A stretch of 64,000 nt of DNA from Candidatus Moraniibacteriota bacterium (GCA_013336225.1 JAAXUC010000002.1:74634-138633), one strand, 5' to 3'. Positions 29,423-39,508 are shown, counted from the stretch's first letter. Notes: generated by a model from the sequence alone, not told the origin. Made by a program: numbers and translations.

Positions 29423-30135
29423 CTAAATTCAGCGAAGACATTATTGGAAAAATTAAATGCGATCATATCGCTCCTGTTCCTCGTTGGCATTTTTTATTTA
29501 AAAGATGCTGTTTTTGGATGCTTTTTGCCATCTCCATGATCCTGGGCAGCATTTCTTTTAGCGTTATTGTGCATGTTTTGAAATCTGGTGATTTTGATAT
29601 TGTGCATCATCTGCAGGGAAATCTGGCAACTTCAACTGTCATGTTGCTGCCATATTTCTGGCTGCTATTCTTGATTCTTTTTGCAGCAATTGCTTACACT
29701 AACTGGAAATGCACGAAACTGGGATATTGCTTCAAGCGCAGATGGATTGTTTTTGGCAGCTTTGCATTGAGCATTTTTTTGGGAAGTATTTTGTATGTAC
29801 TTGGCATGGGAAAATATATTGATAGGATGATGACAAGATCGATGCCATTTTATAATCAATCCAAGCATGATGCACTCAGAGAAATGTGGCTTCATCCTGA
29901 GAATGGTTTTTTGACTGGAAAAATTGTTGAAATAAATGAAGAGACAGAGGAGCTTGTTGTGATTGATGAAGAGGGTAGAAAATGGATCGTTGATGACGAT
30001 GGCATTTATTGGGAGAATGTTGAATTGGAAAAAAGGGGAAAGATTGTTAAAGTTATCGGCAGCAGGGAAGGTGAAAGTAACTTCAAGGCAAGAGAAATAC
30101 GAAGATGTGGAAACTGCGAAGATGATGAGGAATAA
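29419..30135 (+). CDS. Membrane protein, putative anti-sigma factor
   Basis: ATGA overlap with the sigma gene, three TM, C-terminal OB-like domain. Confidence 0.65.
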   Translation: MTKFSEDIIGKIKCDHIAPVPRWHFLFKRCCFWMLFAISMILGSISFSVIVHVLKSGDFDIVHHLQGNLATSTVMLLPYFWLLFLILFAAIAYTNWKCTKLGYCFKRRWIVFGSFALSIFLGSILYVLGMGKYIDRMMTRSMPFYNQSKHDALREMWLHPENGFLTGKIVEINEETEELVVIDEEGRKWIVDDDGIYWENVELEKRGKIVKVIGSREGESNFKAREIRRCGNCEDDEE

Positions 30136-30213
30136 AAACATATAATCATGCAATCATACAAGCATTTAAACATGTAAGTGTAAGCATGAATGCAAAATGC
30201 AGAGAGCTCAAAT

Positions 30214-30247
30214 AAAAAAAGTCATGATGGAAATCATGACTTTTTTT
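30214..30247. terminator. Bidirectional terminator
   Basis: AAAAAAAGTCATGAT-GGAA-ATCATGACTTTTTTT between convergent genes. Confidence 0.8.
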
Positions 30248-30271
30248 GGTTGCAGGACATTTTTTGATATC

Positions 30272-30423
30272 TTGTTTTGCTTATTTCCTTTTTTAGGAAC
30301 ATTTTTGACTGAAAATCAATAGTCAAAAAACTTACTCGCTTCCGCCAGCTGGCGGAGCATGCGTAGGTCCTAAAAAGAAAATAAGCAAATCAAAAAGTGC
30401 GAGTTAATTTTTGAAACCATATA
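30272..30423 (+). repeat. Repeat family A, copy A3, carrying the 16-bp palindrome at 30341-30356
   Basis: Aligns to A1 except TCCGCCAGCTGGCGGA interrupts the CTCGCTCTCGCT motif. Confidence 0.9.
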
Positions 30424-30430
30424 TTATTTA

Positions 30431-31627
30431 TTATTTTAACAATTCAGTTTTTTCCAGGGTTTCACTGATAAGTGTTGGAATGTCCAAAGCTTTTTCTGCC
30501 TCCAAAACCTCCCAAAGTTTTGCGCGCGTTTCAGGTTTCTTGGGCATCAGGCGCGTGCAGCAATCATCATGAGGCAAGATGGAAATATCATAGGTTCCGA
30601 TTGCTTTGGCTTTTTGCATGATTTCTTCCTTGTCCATTCCAATCAGTGGTCTGAAAATTGGCAAAGTGGCAGCCTGGCTGACAACCAAAATGTTTTCCAA
30701 GGTTTGCGAAGCAACTTGTCCGATCGAATCGCCCGTGATGAGTGCTAAACACTTTTCTTTTTTGGCCAGTGCTTCACTGATGCGCATCATCATGCGACGA
30801 TAGAGAATCACGCGAAATCTTTCCGGTGTTTTCATCATGATTTCCTGCTGCACGCTGGCAAAGGGAATGAGATATATTCTGGTGGAGCCACCAAACGTTT
30901 TCAGCTTTTGGCTCAGGGTGACAACTTTTTCAATGGAGGCTTTGGAAGTGTAGGGAGCAGAATGGAAATGGGCATAGCGAAGTTGCACGCCACGTCGCAT
31001 GATTTGAAAAGCAGCCACTGGAGAATCGAAACCACCTGAAAGCATCGCCATGGCCTTGTTGCCTGTGCCCACAGGCATGCCGCCCAGTCCTTGAATTTTC
31101 TGCAAGGAAATGAGAGCAAATTCATTGATGATGAAAATTTTGCATTCAAGCTCCGGATTTTTCATGCTGACTGCCTTTTTCCCATCAAGCTTATCGAAAA
31201 TATAGCCACCGACTTCTCGGTTGATTTCTTCAGAAGTCATGGGAAAATTCTTGTTTGATCGCTGAGTGGTGACGCGAAAAGTTTTAAAGTCTCCGCCAGC
31301 TGGCGGATAGATGGTATGTTTTACGATTTCCCAACAAGCAGTTTTCAAGGCTTCAATATCTTGTGTAACGCTCGTGGCGAAAGAGAAATTGGCAATGCCA
31401 AAAGTGTGCATCAGCGCGCCATGAATCAAGGTTTCATTTTCAATCCCTTTGGCGCTCAGTTTGATTAAAATTCCACCAGACATTCTTTTGACATAGTCAA
31501 AGCTGCCCTCACAAAAAGCATTCAATTGATTTTGAATGTTGGTGATTAATTGCGCTTCGAAAAAGTTGCGGTTTCCGCCTTTAAGCGCAATTTCTCCGTA
31601 GTGACAGAGGACGAATTCGTAATTCAT
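30431..31627 (-). CDS. thiI: tRNA 4-thiouridine(8) synthase ThiI, no rhodanese domain
   Basis: YGEIALKG.NR, THUMP, GGMPVGT, SGGFDS PP-loop, GQVASQT, DCC. Confidence 0.95.
   Translation of the reverse strand: MNYEFVLCHYGEIALKGGNRNFFEAQLITNIQNQLNAFCEGSFDYVKRMSGGILIKLSAKGIENETLIHGALMHTFGIANFSFATSVTQDIEALKTACWEIVKHTIYPPAGGDFKTFRVTTQRSNKNFPMTSEEINREVGGYIFDKLDGKKAVSMKNPELECKIFIINEFALISLQKIQGLGGMPVGTGNKAMAMLSGGFDSPVAAFQIMRRGVQLRYAHFHSAPYTSKASIEKVVTLSQKLKTFGGSTRIYLIPFASVQQEIMMKTPERFRVILYRRMMMRISEALAKKEKCLALITGDSIGQVASQTLENILVVSQAATLPIFRPLIGMDKEEIMQKAKAIGTYDISILPHDDCCTRLMPKKPETRAKLWEVLEAEKALDIPTLISETLEKTELLK
31292..31307. repeat. 16-bp perfect palindrome inside thiI (encodes PPAGG)
   Basis: TCCGCCAGCTGGCGGA. 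Confidence 0.95.
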
Positions 31628-31837
31628 GTATTTTGTGTATCGTATTTAGTATCTTGTATGGATGCAAAACGCAGAAATGCATCAAGTATTTATAGCACGT
31701 AATTTGGCAAAAGAAAAGGGCAAAACAATGAAATATGCTTAATTATTGCTTATTTTCATAATTTACGGTAGTATGTTTGAGTTAAAGGAAATTAATTAAC
31801 AAGGATGTATCTTATACAAAATACTAAATACAAATTT

Positions 31838-32890
31838 ATGGCTTTACAAATAGGAATCGTGGGATTGCCAAATGTGGGGAAATCAACCCTTTTTAAGGCA
31901 CTTACCAAAAATCCCGTGGAAATCAGCAACTATCCATTCTGCACCATTGAACCCAATGTTGGCGTGGTGAAAGTGCCAGACGAACGTTTGGACAAGCTTT
32001 CGGTGATGTCTGACACGGAAAAAATCGTGCCAGCCGTGGTGGAATTTGTGGATATTGCTGGAATTGTGAAAGGTGCCAGCGAGGGGGAGGGACTAGGAAA
32101 CAAATTTCTGGCTAATATTAGGGAAGTTGATGCCATTGCACAAGTTGTGCGAGTTTTTGAAAATTCCAACATCACCCATGTGCACAACAAAGTTGATCCC
32201 TTGGAGGACATTGAAATCATAAACACGGAACTTATTTTGGCTGACTTGGAAACCGTGACCAAAAGAATGGAGAGACTTGCCAAGGATGCGCGTGGAAATG
32301 ACAAAGATGCTCAATTTAAGCTGATAATTGCCGAAAAAATCAAGCATAATTTGGAAAAGGGGTTGTTGGCGAACACGGCTGACATTGATTTTGACGATGC
32401 AAACACTAAAATTGCCGTCAGGGAATTGCAATTGCTAACCATGAAGCCATTTTTATATGTCTATAATGTTTCTGACATCAATGAACAGTTGCCTGATATT
32501 TTGGAGAACAGGTTGCATGTGAAACTTGATATCAAGATTGAAGAGGAATTGATTGAAATGAGTGAAGAGGAAAAAGCTGAAATGGAACTAACTTCACACA
32601 TCAATGATTTGATAGTGAAAGCCTATGACCTTCTGGGACTGCAGACTTTCATCACCACTGGCAAAATTGAAACCCGCGCTTGGACCATTAAAAAGGGTGC
32701 CACTGCGCCAGAAGCAGGAGCTGCCATCCACACCGACTTTCAAGAAAAGTTCATTCGCGCTGACGTGATCATGTGGGACAAACTTTTGGAAATTGGATCT
32801 TGGGGAAAAGCCAAAGAATTGGGCGCCGTCAAAACTGTCGGCCGGGATTATGTGATGACAGACGGGGAGGTGGTTGAATTCAAGGTCTAA
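31838..32890 (+). CDS. ychF: Redox-regulated ATPase YchF
   Basis: [38 protein letters not shown] domain. Confidence 0.97.
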   Translation: MALQIGIVGLPNVGKSTLFKALTKNPVEISNYPFCTIEPNVGVVKVPDERLDKLSVMSDTEKIVPAVVEFVDIAGIVKGASEGEGLGNKFLANIREVDAIAQVVRVFENSNITHVHNKVDPLEDIEIINTELILADLETVTKRMERLAKDARGNDKDAQFKLIIAEKIKHNLEKGLLANTADIDFDDANTKIAVRELQLLTMKPFLYVYNVSDINEQLPDILENRLHVKLDIKIEEELIEMSEEEKAEMELTSHINDLIVKAYDLLGLQTFITTGKIETRAWTIKKGATAPEAGAAIHTDFQEKFIRADVIMWDKLLEIGSWGKAKELGAVKTVGRDYVMTDGEVVEFKV

Positions 32891-32909
32891 AAAGTTTTCT
32901 TCAATAGTT

Positions 32910-32960
32910 TCCTCTCCTTTGATAAGGAGAGGATGTCATGTATTCATGACAGGTGAGGTC
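32910..32960. repeat. REP-like double hairpin (CCTCTCCTT...AAGGAGAGG...GGTGAGG type)
   Basis: TCCTCTCCTT-TGAT-AAGGAGAGGA, TGTCATG-TATT-CATGACA, GGTGAGG. Confidence 0.6.
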
Positions 32961-33001
32961 GGATCGTAAGTAGTTTTTCAACTTTTTATAAAATATGCAT
33001 T

Positions 33002-33039
33002 AAAAACTGTTGGCCATGTGCTGGCAGTTTTTTTTGTTT
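33002..33039 (+). terminator. Intrinsic terminator after ychF
   Basis: AAAAACTGTTGGC-loop-GCTGGCAGTTTTT plus T-run. Confidence 0.65.
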
Positions 33040-33059
33040 AAATAGCGCTCAAATAGTTT

Positions 33060-33199
33060 TTATTATCGAACGTAGCGAGCGAAATGATTTGTCAGCAGAC
33101 AAAATCATTTCCGAGCGAGTGATGATAATAAATTGGTTAATATCTCGCGGCTTGCCGCGGAAACCCAGAGGGTTCGGGGCTTGCCCCGGGGTTAATACC
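33060..33199 (+). repeat. Repeat family B, copy B3 (diverged)
   Basis: Same order of hairpins as B1/B2 with compensatory substitutions. Confidence 0.9.
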
Positions 33200-33404
33200 T
33201 ATTTATTTTTGTGCGGAAAAACAATTGCAACTTTTAAAATTAACACCAATGTGACTTGTTTTAATGCAAAAAATAAAAACTATTCTCGCTGTCTACTAAT
33301 AACGTTTAGATGTTAACAGCTCTTAACATATTTGTGTTGTATGGCATGTGGTTTTTGTGCTATAATTATCTTAATAATATAAACATAAAATACCCAATAA
33401 AATT

Positions 33405-34391
33405 ATGATGCTTAAGTTAAGACAAAGGCTTTACGATGAACTTAATTTGAAAAAGCAAGCTGCTGATCTTGGGATAAGCGTCTGGCAAACTCCTAGTTTT
33501 TTGTTTATTGTGATGGGGGTGATTATTATTTCTGCCATGAGTGGAATTTACATTGTTTCCACTAACTATGATTCACCCGAGATAGTGGTGATCAGTGAAT
33601 CATTGGTGGTGATTTTGCTTTTGACAGTTGGAAATTCAATCATTAGAACAGTGGAAGAAGTGGCCAAGTCAAACAAGATGAAATCAGAATTCGTTTCAAT
33701 CGCTTCGCATCAGCTGAAGACTCCAATTTCAGAGATGAAATGGCAGATTGAATTGCTACTTTCAAAATTTACGGATGGACTTAGTGAGAAACAATTGGAA
33801 ATCATCAGTGAAGTTTCACATTCAGGGGAAAAAATGGGAAGATTGATTAATGACTTGTTGGATGTTGCCAGAATCGATCAAGGACAGTTGGCGCTTATTA
33901 ATGAGGAAATGAATTTTTGCACCATGGTGGACAGCGCAGTTATGGCTCAGCAATCTTTGGCCAAAGCCTCAAATGTGGAATTGATAGTGACATGTAATTT
34001 GAAAAAATTGGAAGTTGTTGTTGATAGGCGGAGAATAGCTGTGGTGTTGGATAATCTTATCACTAATGCAATTAAATATACTGATGGCAAAGGAAAAGTC
34101 GAAGTTATCGTGGAAGAGGCTGATGGTTTTGCGCAATTTTGCATTAGAGATAATGGAGTTGGAATTCCAAGAAATGAACAATCTAGTCTTTGCCAGAAAT
34201 TTTTCAGAAGCAATAATTCAATTAAGAATGAAACGGATGGCACAGGCTTAGGCTTATATATTGCCAAGAACATCGTGGAGCAGTCAGGTGGAAAACTTTG
34301 GTTTAAGTCTATTGAAAATGTTGGCAGTGAATTTTATTTCTCACTACCATTGATGACTGATGAGAAAAAAGGTTTAGGAATTTTAAAGTAA
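33405..34391 (+). CDS. Two-TM sensor histidine kinase with very short external loop
   Basis: ASHQLKTP, DNLITNAIKY, DNGVGI, GTGLGL. Confidence 0.95.
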   Translation: MMLKLRQRLYDELNLKKQAADLGISVWQTPSFLFIVMGVIIISAMSGIYIVSTNYDSPEIVVISESLVVILLLTVGNSIIRTVEEVAKSNKMKSEFVSIASHQLKTPISEMKWQIELLLSKFTDGLSEKQLEIISEVSHSGEKMGRLINDLLDVARIDQGQLALINEEMNFCTMVDSAVMAQQSLAKASNVELIVTCNLKKLEVVVDRRRIAVVLDNLITNAIKYTDGKGKVEVIVEEADGFAQFCIRDNGVGIPRNEQSSLCQKFFRSNNSIKNETDGTGLGLYIAKNIVEQSGGKLWFKSIENVGSEFYFSLPLMTDEKKGLGILK

Positions 34392-34457
34392 AAATATTAA
34401 TAAATGTTATAATTGCTCAAGTGCAGACAGGATTTGCATTTGTTGCATCAAATTAGT

Positions 34458-34835
34458 ATGGCTGATAAAAAACTGCTGATTATCGAAGATGATTTGGTTT
34501 TGCAAAAAGCACTCAGTGAATATCTGATTGCGGAAGGTTTCAATGTTTTATCAGCAGGAGATGGTGAAACTGGTGTGCAGATGGCGCTTGGTGAATTGCC
34601 AGATTTGATTTTGCTCGACATTGTTTTGCCGAAAAAAGATGGATACACTGTACTTACGGAAGTTAGAGCTAATGAAGCTACAAAGCATGTTCCAATTGTG
34701 CTGCTGACTAATCTAGGAAGCATTTCTGACGTGGAAAAAGCCATTGAATTGGGCGCAACAACCTATCTCGTGAAAGCTGATTACAAATTGGAAGAAGTGA
34801 TGATGAAAGTTAAGGAAATTTTGAATATCAAATAA
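34458..34835 (+). CDS. Single-domain response regulator
   Basis: LIIEDD, PDLILLDIVLP, LLTN, YLVK. Confidence 0.95.
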   Translation: MADKKLLIIEDDLVLQKALSEYLIAEGFNVLSAGDGETGVQMALGELPDLILLDIVLPKKDGYTVLTEVRANEATKHVPIVLLTNLGSISDVEKAIELGATTYLVKADYKLEEVMMKVKEILNIK

Positions 34836-34945
34836 AGCCATAAAGCCTCTAGTCAACCAAGCAGGCAGACAAAAAAATACAAAAACACAAAAAACCCCAG
34901 TTAAATTTTCGTCAAAAGCGAATTTAACGGGATAAATAAAAATAA

Positions 34946-36694
34946 ATGCAAATAGAAAACAAACAGCTCAAGGCGTTTCTTTTGGATTCAAATTTATTGA
35001 GTCTTGAGGTTGTGGAAGAAAATTTTAAACTCGCTTTGGAAACCAATCAAAAATTGGGCGATTTGTTGATAGAAAAAAAATTGATCAACGAAATTGAGCT
35101 CAAAAAGTTGTATTCATACATTCTGGGTATTCCATTTGTAAATCTTGAAAAAGAAACTATCACGGCTGATATTTTGCAAATTATACCGGAGCCGATTGCC
35201 AAAAAATATGGAATTATCGCTTTTGAAAAAAGCGGCAATGATTTGAAGGTTGCCATGAAGAATCCTGAAGATTTGCAAACCATTGATTTTATCAAAAAGA
35301 AAACTGGTCTTAAAATCATTCCATGCCTCACTAATGAAGAAAGCATTAAAGCCATTCTCAAGCAATATGAGAAGAGCTTGAAAGCTGAGTTTGGAGACAT
35401 CATCAGTAAAAATTCTGATGATGTTGATGCTGGAAATGATACTCAAGATTTGGAAAAAATTGCTCAAGATCTGCCGATTATTAAAATTGTGGACACGCTT
35501 TTAAAGCATGCCATTTTGCAATCAGCCAGTGATATTCATATTGAACCTGGAGAGAAAGAGGTGCGCGTCCGCTATCGCATCGATGGCGTGCTGCATGATG
35601 CGATGACCCTTCCAAAGCAAGTGCTGGAGGGATTGGTAGCTCGTATTAAAGTTTTGTCTAATTTGAAATTGGATGAACATCGCTTGCCGCAAGATGGTCG
35701 ATTTAAAATTGAAAAAGAAGGTTATAAAATTTCTTTTCGTGTCAGTATGTTGCCAGTTTTTGAAGGTGAAAAAATCGTGATGCGTTTGCTGGATGAAACT
35801 TCTAAGGGGCTGACTTTGGAAAAAATGGGACTGGCTGGCAAAGCCTTGGAAGTTGTGCATCGGCATGTGAAGCGTCCCAATGGAATGGTGTTGGTGACTG
35901 GGCCAACTGGTTCAGGTAAAACCACTACACTCTACACAATCATGGATATCTTGAACACGCCTGATGTGAACATCAGTACAGTGGAAGATCCAGTGGAATA
36001 TCGCATGGTTCGTGTTAATCAGACTCAAACGAATGCTAAAATAGGAATGACCTTTGCGGCGGCACTGCGCAGTCTTTTGCGTCAAGATCCTGACATCATC
36101 ATGGTGGGAGAAATTCGAGATGGAGAAACCATGCAAATTGCAGTGGAAGCTGCCATGACAGGACATCTCGTGCTTTCAACTTTGCACACCAACAGTGCGG
36201 CTGGAACTCTGCCTCGACTTTTGGACATGGGTGCAGAAGCTTTTTTGGTGGCATCCACTGTCAACGTGATTATTGGTCAACGACTTGTGCGAAAATTGTG
36301 CAATGAATGTAAAGTTGCCTATAAATTTAGTGAAAAAGAAATAGTGACACTTGGCAAAACTTTTGATATGGATGCTATGATGGCAATGCTCAAAGGGACT
36401 CCTGAAATGGCAGAGATGGTCACAGCTAAAAGCACCTGGAAAACAGTGGATTTCTATAAAGCCAAGGGATGTGAACAATGCAATCAAGAAGGATATCATG
36501 GTCGCTTGGGAATCTATGAAGTGCTTGAAATGGATGAAACTATCGGAAAATTGATCACCTCTAATGCCTCATCGGATGATATTGAGAAAAAAGCCAGAGA
36601 AAATGGTATGCGCACGATGGGAGAAGACGGATTTATCAAAGCAATTCAGGGAATCACTTCAATTGAAGAAGTGATGCGAGTAACCAAGGAGTAA
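34946..36694 (+). CDS. pilB: PilB/GspE-type assembly ATPase (locus 2)
   Basis: ASDIHIEP, GPTGSGKTT, EDPVEY, LRQDPD, two CxxC motifs. Confidence 0.92.
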   Translation: MQIENKQLKAFLLDSNLLSLEVVEENFKLALETNQKLGDLLIEKKLINEIELKKLYSYILGIPFVNLEKETITADILQIIPEPIAKKYGIIAFEKSGNDLKVAMKNPEDLQTIDFIKKKTGLKIIPCLTNEESIKAILKQYEKSLKAEFGDIISKNSDDVDAGNDTQDLEKIAQDLPIIKIVDTLLKHAILQSASDIHIEPGEKEVRVRYRIDGVLHDAMTLPKQVLEGLVARIKVLSNLKLDEHRLPQDGRFKIEKEGYKISFRVSMLPVFEGEKIVMRLLDETSKGLTLEKMGLAGKALEVVHRHVKRPNGMVLVTGPTGSGKTTTLYTIMDILNTPDVNISTVEDPVEYRMVRVNQTQTNAKIGMTFAAALRSLLRQDPDIIMVGEIRDGETMQIAVEAAMTGHLVLSTLHTNSAAGTLPRLLDMGAEAFLVASTVNVIIGQRLVRKLCNECKVAYKFSEKEIVTLGKTFDMDAMMAMLKGTPEMAEMVTAKSTWKTVDFYKAKGCEQCNQEGYHGRLGIYEVLEMDETIGKLITSNASSDDIEKKARENGMRTMGEDGFIKAIQGITSIEEVMRVTKE

Positions 36695-36711
36695 GCAAAA
36701 ATTTCATTTTT

Positions 36712-36822
36712 GAAATCCAAAATCCAAAGGTCAAATAAATGACAAAAGGACTTAATGATAGAAGATTTGGATTTCGTGCTTGAGATTTTATTTGGATTTA
36801 AGATTTTGTCATTGAGATTTTT
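36712..36822. repeat. Repeat family D copy 1 (degenerate heptamer inverted arms)
   Basis: AAATCCAAAATCCAAAGGTCAAATAAA...GATTTTATTTGGATTTAAGATTTTGTCATTGAGATTT; similar to 59879-59996. Confidence 0.7.
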
Positions 36823-36830
36823 TAAAACAC

Positions 36831-38054
36831 ATGCCTAAATATCTTTATACAGCTAAGAGCTATAATGGTGAAACCAAGGGTGGTGAAGCCACAGCTCAAG
36901 ATGAAAAAAATCTTGCTCAGCAATTGCGGGGAGAAGGGTTTTTAGTTACCTCTATATCATTGGTAAAAGAAGTTGACACGAATAGTGTGAGCGTGAAATT
37001 TCTGGATAAATTTAAATCTGTTCCACTCAAGGAAAAAATGATTTTCGCGAGGAATTTGAGTATCATGGTTGCATCAGGATTAACTGTTTCGCGAGCCCTT
37101 AATAATTTGGCCGTGCAAACTGAAAATAAAACATTCAAAAAGATCTTGTTGGATGTCTATGAAGAAGTTCAAGGTGGAAAAACTTTGAGCGACGGCTTGG
37201 CAAAATATCCTGGTATTTTTGGAGAACTTTTCATTAATATGGTGAGAGTGGGGGAAACTGCTGGAAATTTGGATGAAGTTTTGAAGATCGTGGCTGTGCA
37301 GTTGGAAAAGGAAAATGATTTGAAAAGCAAGGTGAAAGGTGCCATGATTTATCCTGGAGTTATTCTTACTGTGATGCTTATTATTGGCTATGTCATGTTA
37401 ACTTTCGTGCTTCCGAAATTGCTAGGAGTTTTTAAGGACATGGACGCTAAGCTTCCAGCTATGACGCAATTTATTGTGGATCTGAGTGACATCTTGCGCA
37501 ACAATGGAATTGCCACAGCCATTCTGTTGGTTGTTTTGATTTTTTTTATGAAATGGTTTTTAGGTCAAGAATCAGGGAAGAGAACCTTGAGTTTTGTGGC
37601 CATTAAATTTCCGGTGTTTAGTCCTTTGGTGAAGCAGATGAATTGTGCGCGTTTTGCTCGAATTTACAGCTCCTTGCTGAAAAGTGGAGTTGGGAGTGTG
37701 GAGGCTTTGAAAATCATTTCACGCACGCTGACAAACTATTATTATCAAAAAGTTCTACTGGACAGCGTGGAGGATATTCAAAAGGGAGTTAGTCTCAGCA
37801 AAATTTTGGCTGATCATCAAGATATTTTTCCAGTGCTGGTTTCACAAATCGTGCAAGTGGGAGAGGAGACTGGAAAAACGGAAACGGTGCTTTTGCAGTT
37901 GGCTGAATTTTATGAAGCGGAAGTTGACCAAATAACGAAAAATTTGTCCGCCATCATCGAACCTATTTTGATGGTGTTTATCGGTGGAGCGGTTGGGTTT
38001 TTCGCTGTCGCCATGCTGACGCCGATGTATAGTATGATGGATAGTGTGAAATGA
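36831..38054 (+). CDS. pilC: PilC platform protein (locus 2)
   Basis: M..Y.Y.A...G...G N-terminus, FARNLS.M..SGL, GE.AG.LD, AMIYP, IEP.L. Confidence 0.93.
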   Translation: MPKYLYTAKSYNGETKGGEATAQDEKNLAQQLRGEGFLVTSISLVKEVDTNSVSVKFLDKFKSVPLKEKMIFARNLSIMVASGLTVSRALNNLAVQTENKTFKKILLDVYEEVQGGKTLSDGLAKYPGIFGELFINMVRVGETAGNLDEVLKIVAVQLEKENDLKSKVKGAMIYPGVILTVMLIIGYVMLTFVLPKLLGVFKDMDAKLPAMTQFIVDLSDILRNNGIATAILLVVLIFFMKWFLGQESGKRTLSFVAIKFPVFSPLVKQMNCARFARIYSSLLKSGVGSVEALKIISRTLTNYYYQKVLLDSVEDIQKGVSLSKILADHQDIFPVLVSQIVQVGEETGKTETVLLQLAEFYEAEVDQITKNLSAIIEPILMVFIGGAVGFFAVAMLTPMYSMMDSVK

Positions 38055-38130
38055 AAATCCAAAAATTTAGACAGTCAAAGATGAAGATAGTGTTTAATGC
38101 AAGAAGTGTGATATTTTTCATAGTAAGATT

Positions 38131-39507
38131 ATGCAAAAAACAATAACAAATAATAAAAAAGCTTTTTCCTTGATCGAAGTTTTAATCGTGACCTTTATTA
38201 TGGCCACGGTGTTTACTTCTTTCTATTCTGTTTCTACCGTTGGCACGAAATATATCATTGAATCAAAAAATAGATTAGCTGCAGTGGCTTTTGCTAATGA
38301 AAAAATGGAAATAGCGCGCAATCTTGAGTATTCAGATGTTGGTCTTATTAGTGGTATTCCTGTTGGTAATATGCCAGAAGATGAGGATGTCATGGCAAAT
38401 GGTCGAATGTTTCATGTGCACACTTTTGTTGAGGACATAGATGATCCGCTTGATGGAACTGGTCTTGCAGATGGAATTCCAAATGATTATAAACTTGTGA
38501 AGATAACAATATCTTGGAATGACAGCAATGGTGAGCAGCAAAAAGTTGTTTCCATTTCAAGGTTTGTGCCGCCAGGACTTGAAACAAGTGCTGGTGGAGC
38601 GCCAATGGCAATCAATGTCAAGGGAAGTGATGGCGTGGCTGTCGGTAGTGCAAGAGTGGACATAGTTAATAATGAAGTATTACCAGTAATTAATTATTCG
38701 CCCAATGTTGACAGTGAAGGTCATATGATGATTCCGGCTGCACCAGCTTCACTTGGCGGTTATCACTTAACAATTTCGAAAGCTGGGTATGAAACAGTTG
38801 CGACAATGGATTCACCATCCTTAGATTATTTAGGGAATCCATATACTCCAACGTATACCCATGCTAGCGTGCTTTTAAATGTGCTAAACATGTATGATTA
38901 CATTGTAGATGAATTATCCAGCCTTACTATTAAGGCGGTTGATTATCAAAATAATCCTATTGGAAATTTGGCTTTTACAGTTGATGGTGGAAAAGTTCTG
39001 GGTCGAGATATCTTGAATGTTGATGTTTTAAATATGCATGAGGCTGGCACTACTGATGCAGTAACTGGTGAAAAAAAATATGACAACATTAGTCCTGGCA
39101 ACTATAAAATAGTTTTGGCAGCCAATGCGCAATACGAATTTGTTGAATATAGTCCGAACCCTTCTCCAATAGCCTTGGTTCCTGGCACTGATTTGACATT
39201 TCAGGTTAATGTTGCAGACAAGGACGTGGATGGATTATTGGTGAATGTCATTGATAATGATACGAGCTCACCCGTGATTGATGCAAAAATTACACTCACT
39301 GACAGTGCTAGCGTGGAAGTTTTTTCAGGCAAAAGTGTTTCTGCTAATGGTATTTTATATTATCCAGACACTGCTGTGTCGCTTCCTGCTGGAAATTATA
39401 CCTTGAAAGTTGAAGCTACGAATTATGTCACACAAGATATTCCAGTTGTTATAGATAAATTAACAAAACCAGGTGATGCTGGAATTATTAAGCTAATTAA
39501 AACGTAA
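38131..39507 (+). CDS. Large PilV-like minor pilin with carboxypeptidase-regulatory-like beta domains
   Basis: KKA/FSLIEVLIV; repeated G.Y.L.I...GY/PG.Y motifs. Confidence 0.8.
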   Translation: MQKTITNNKKAFSLIEVLIVTFIMATVFTSFYSVSTVGTKYIIESKNRLAAVAFANEKMEIARNLEYSDVGLISGIPVGNMPEDEDVMANGRMFHVHTFVEDIDDPLDGTGLADGIPNDYKLVKITISWNDSNGEQQKVVSISRFVPPGLETSAGGAPMAINVKGSDGVAVGSARVDIVNNEVLPVINYSPNVDSEGHMMIPAAPASLGGYHLTISKAGYETVATMDSPSLDYLGNPYTPTYTHASVLLNVLNMYDYIVDELSSLTIKAVDYQNNPIGNLAFTVDGGKVLGRDILNVDVLNMHEAGTTDAVTGEKKYDNISPGNYKIVLAANAQYEFVEYSPNPSPIALVPGTDLTFQVNVADKDVDGLLVNVIDNDTSSPVIDAKITLTDSASVEVFSGKSVSANGILYYPDTAVSLPAGNYTLKVEATNYVTQDIPVVIDKLTKPGDAGIIKLIKT

Positions 39508-39508
39508 C

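Noticed and set aside
33089-33316. Small ORFs sharing RGLPRKP.G..ACPGV (also 6751-7182) and ORFs 153-416, 24296-24496
   Set aside because: They are translations of repeat families A and B or antisense shadows, with inconsistent starts and lengths
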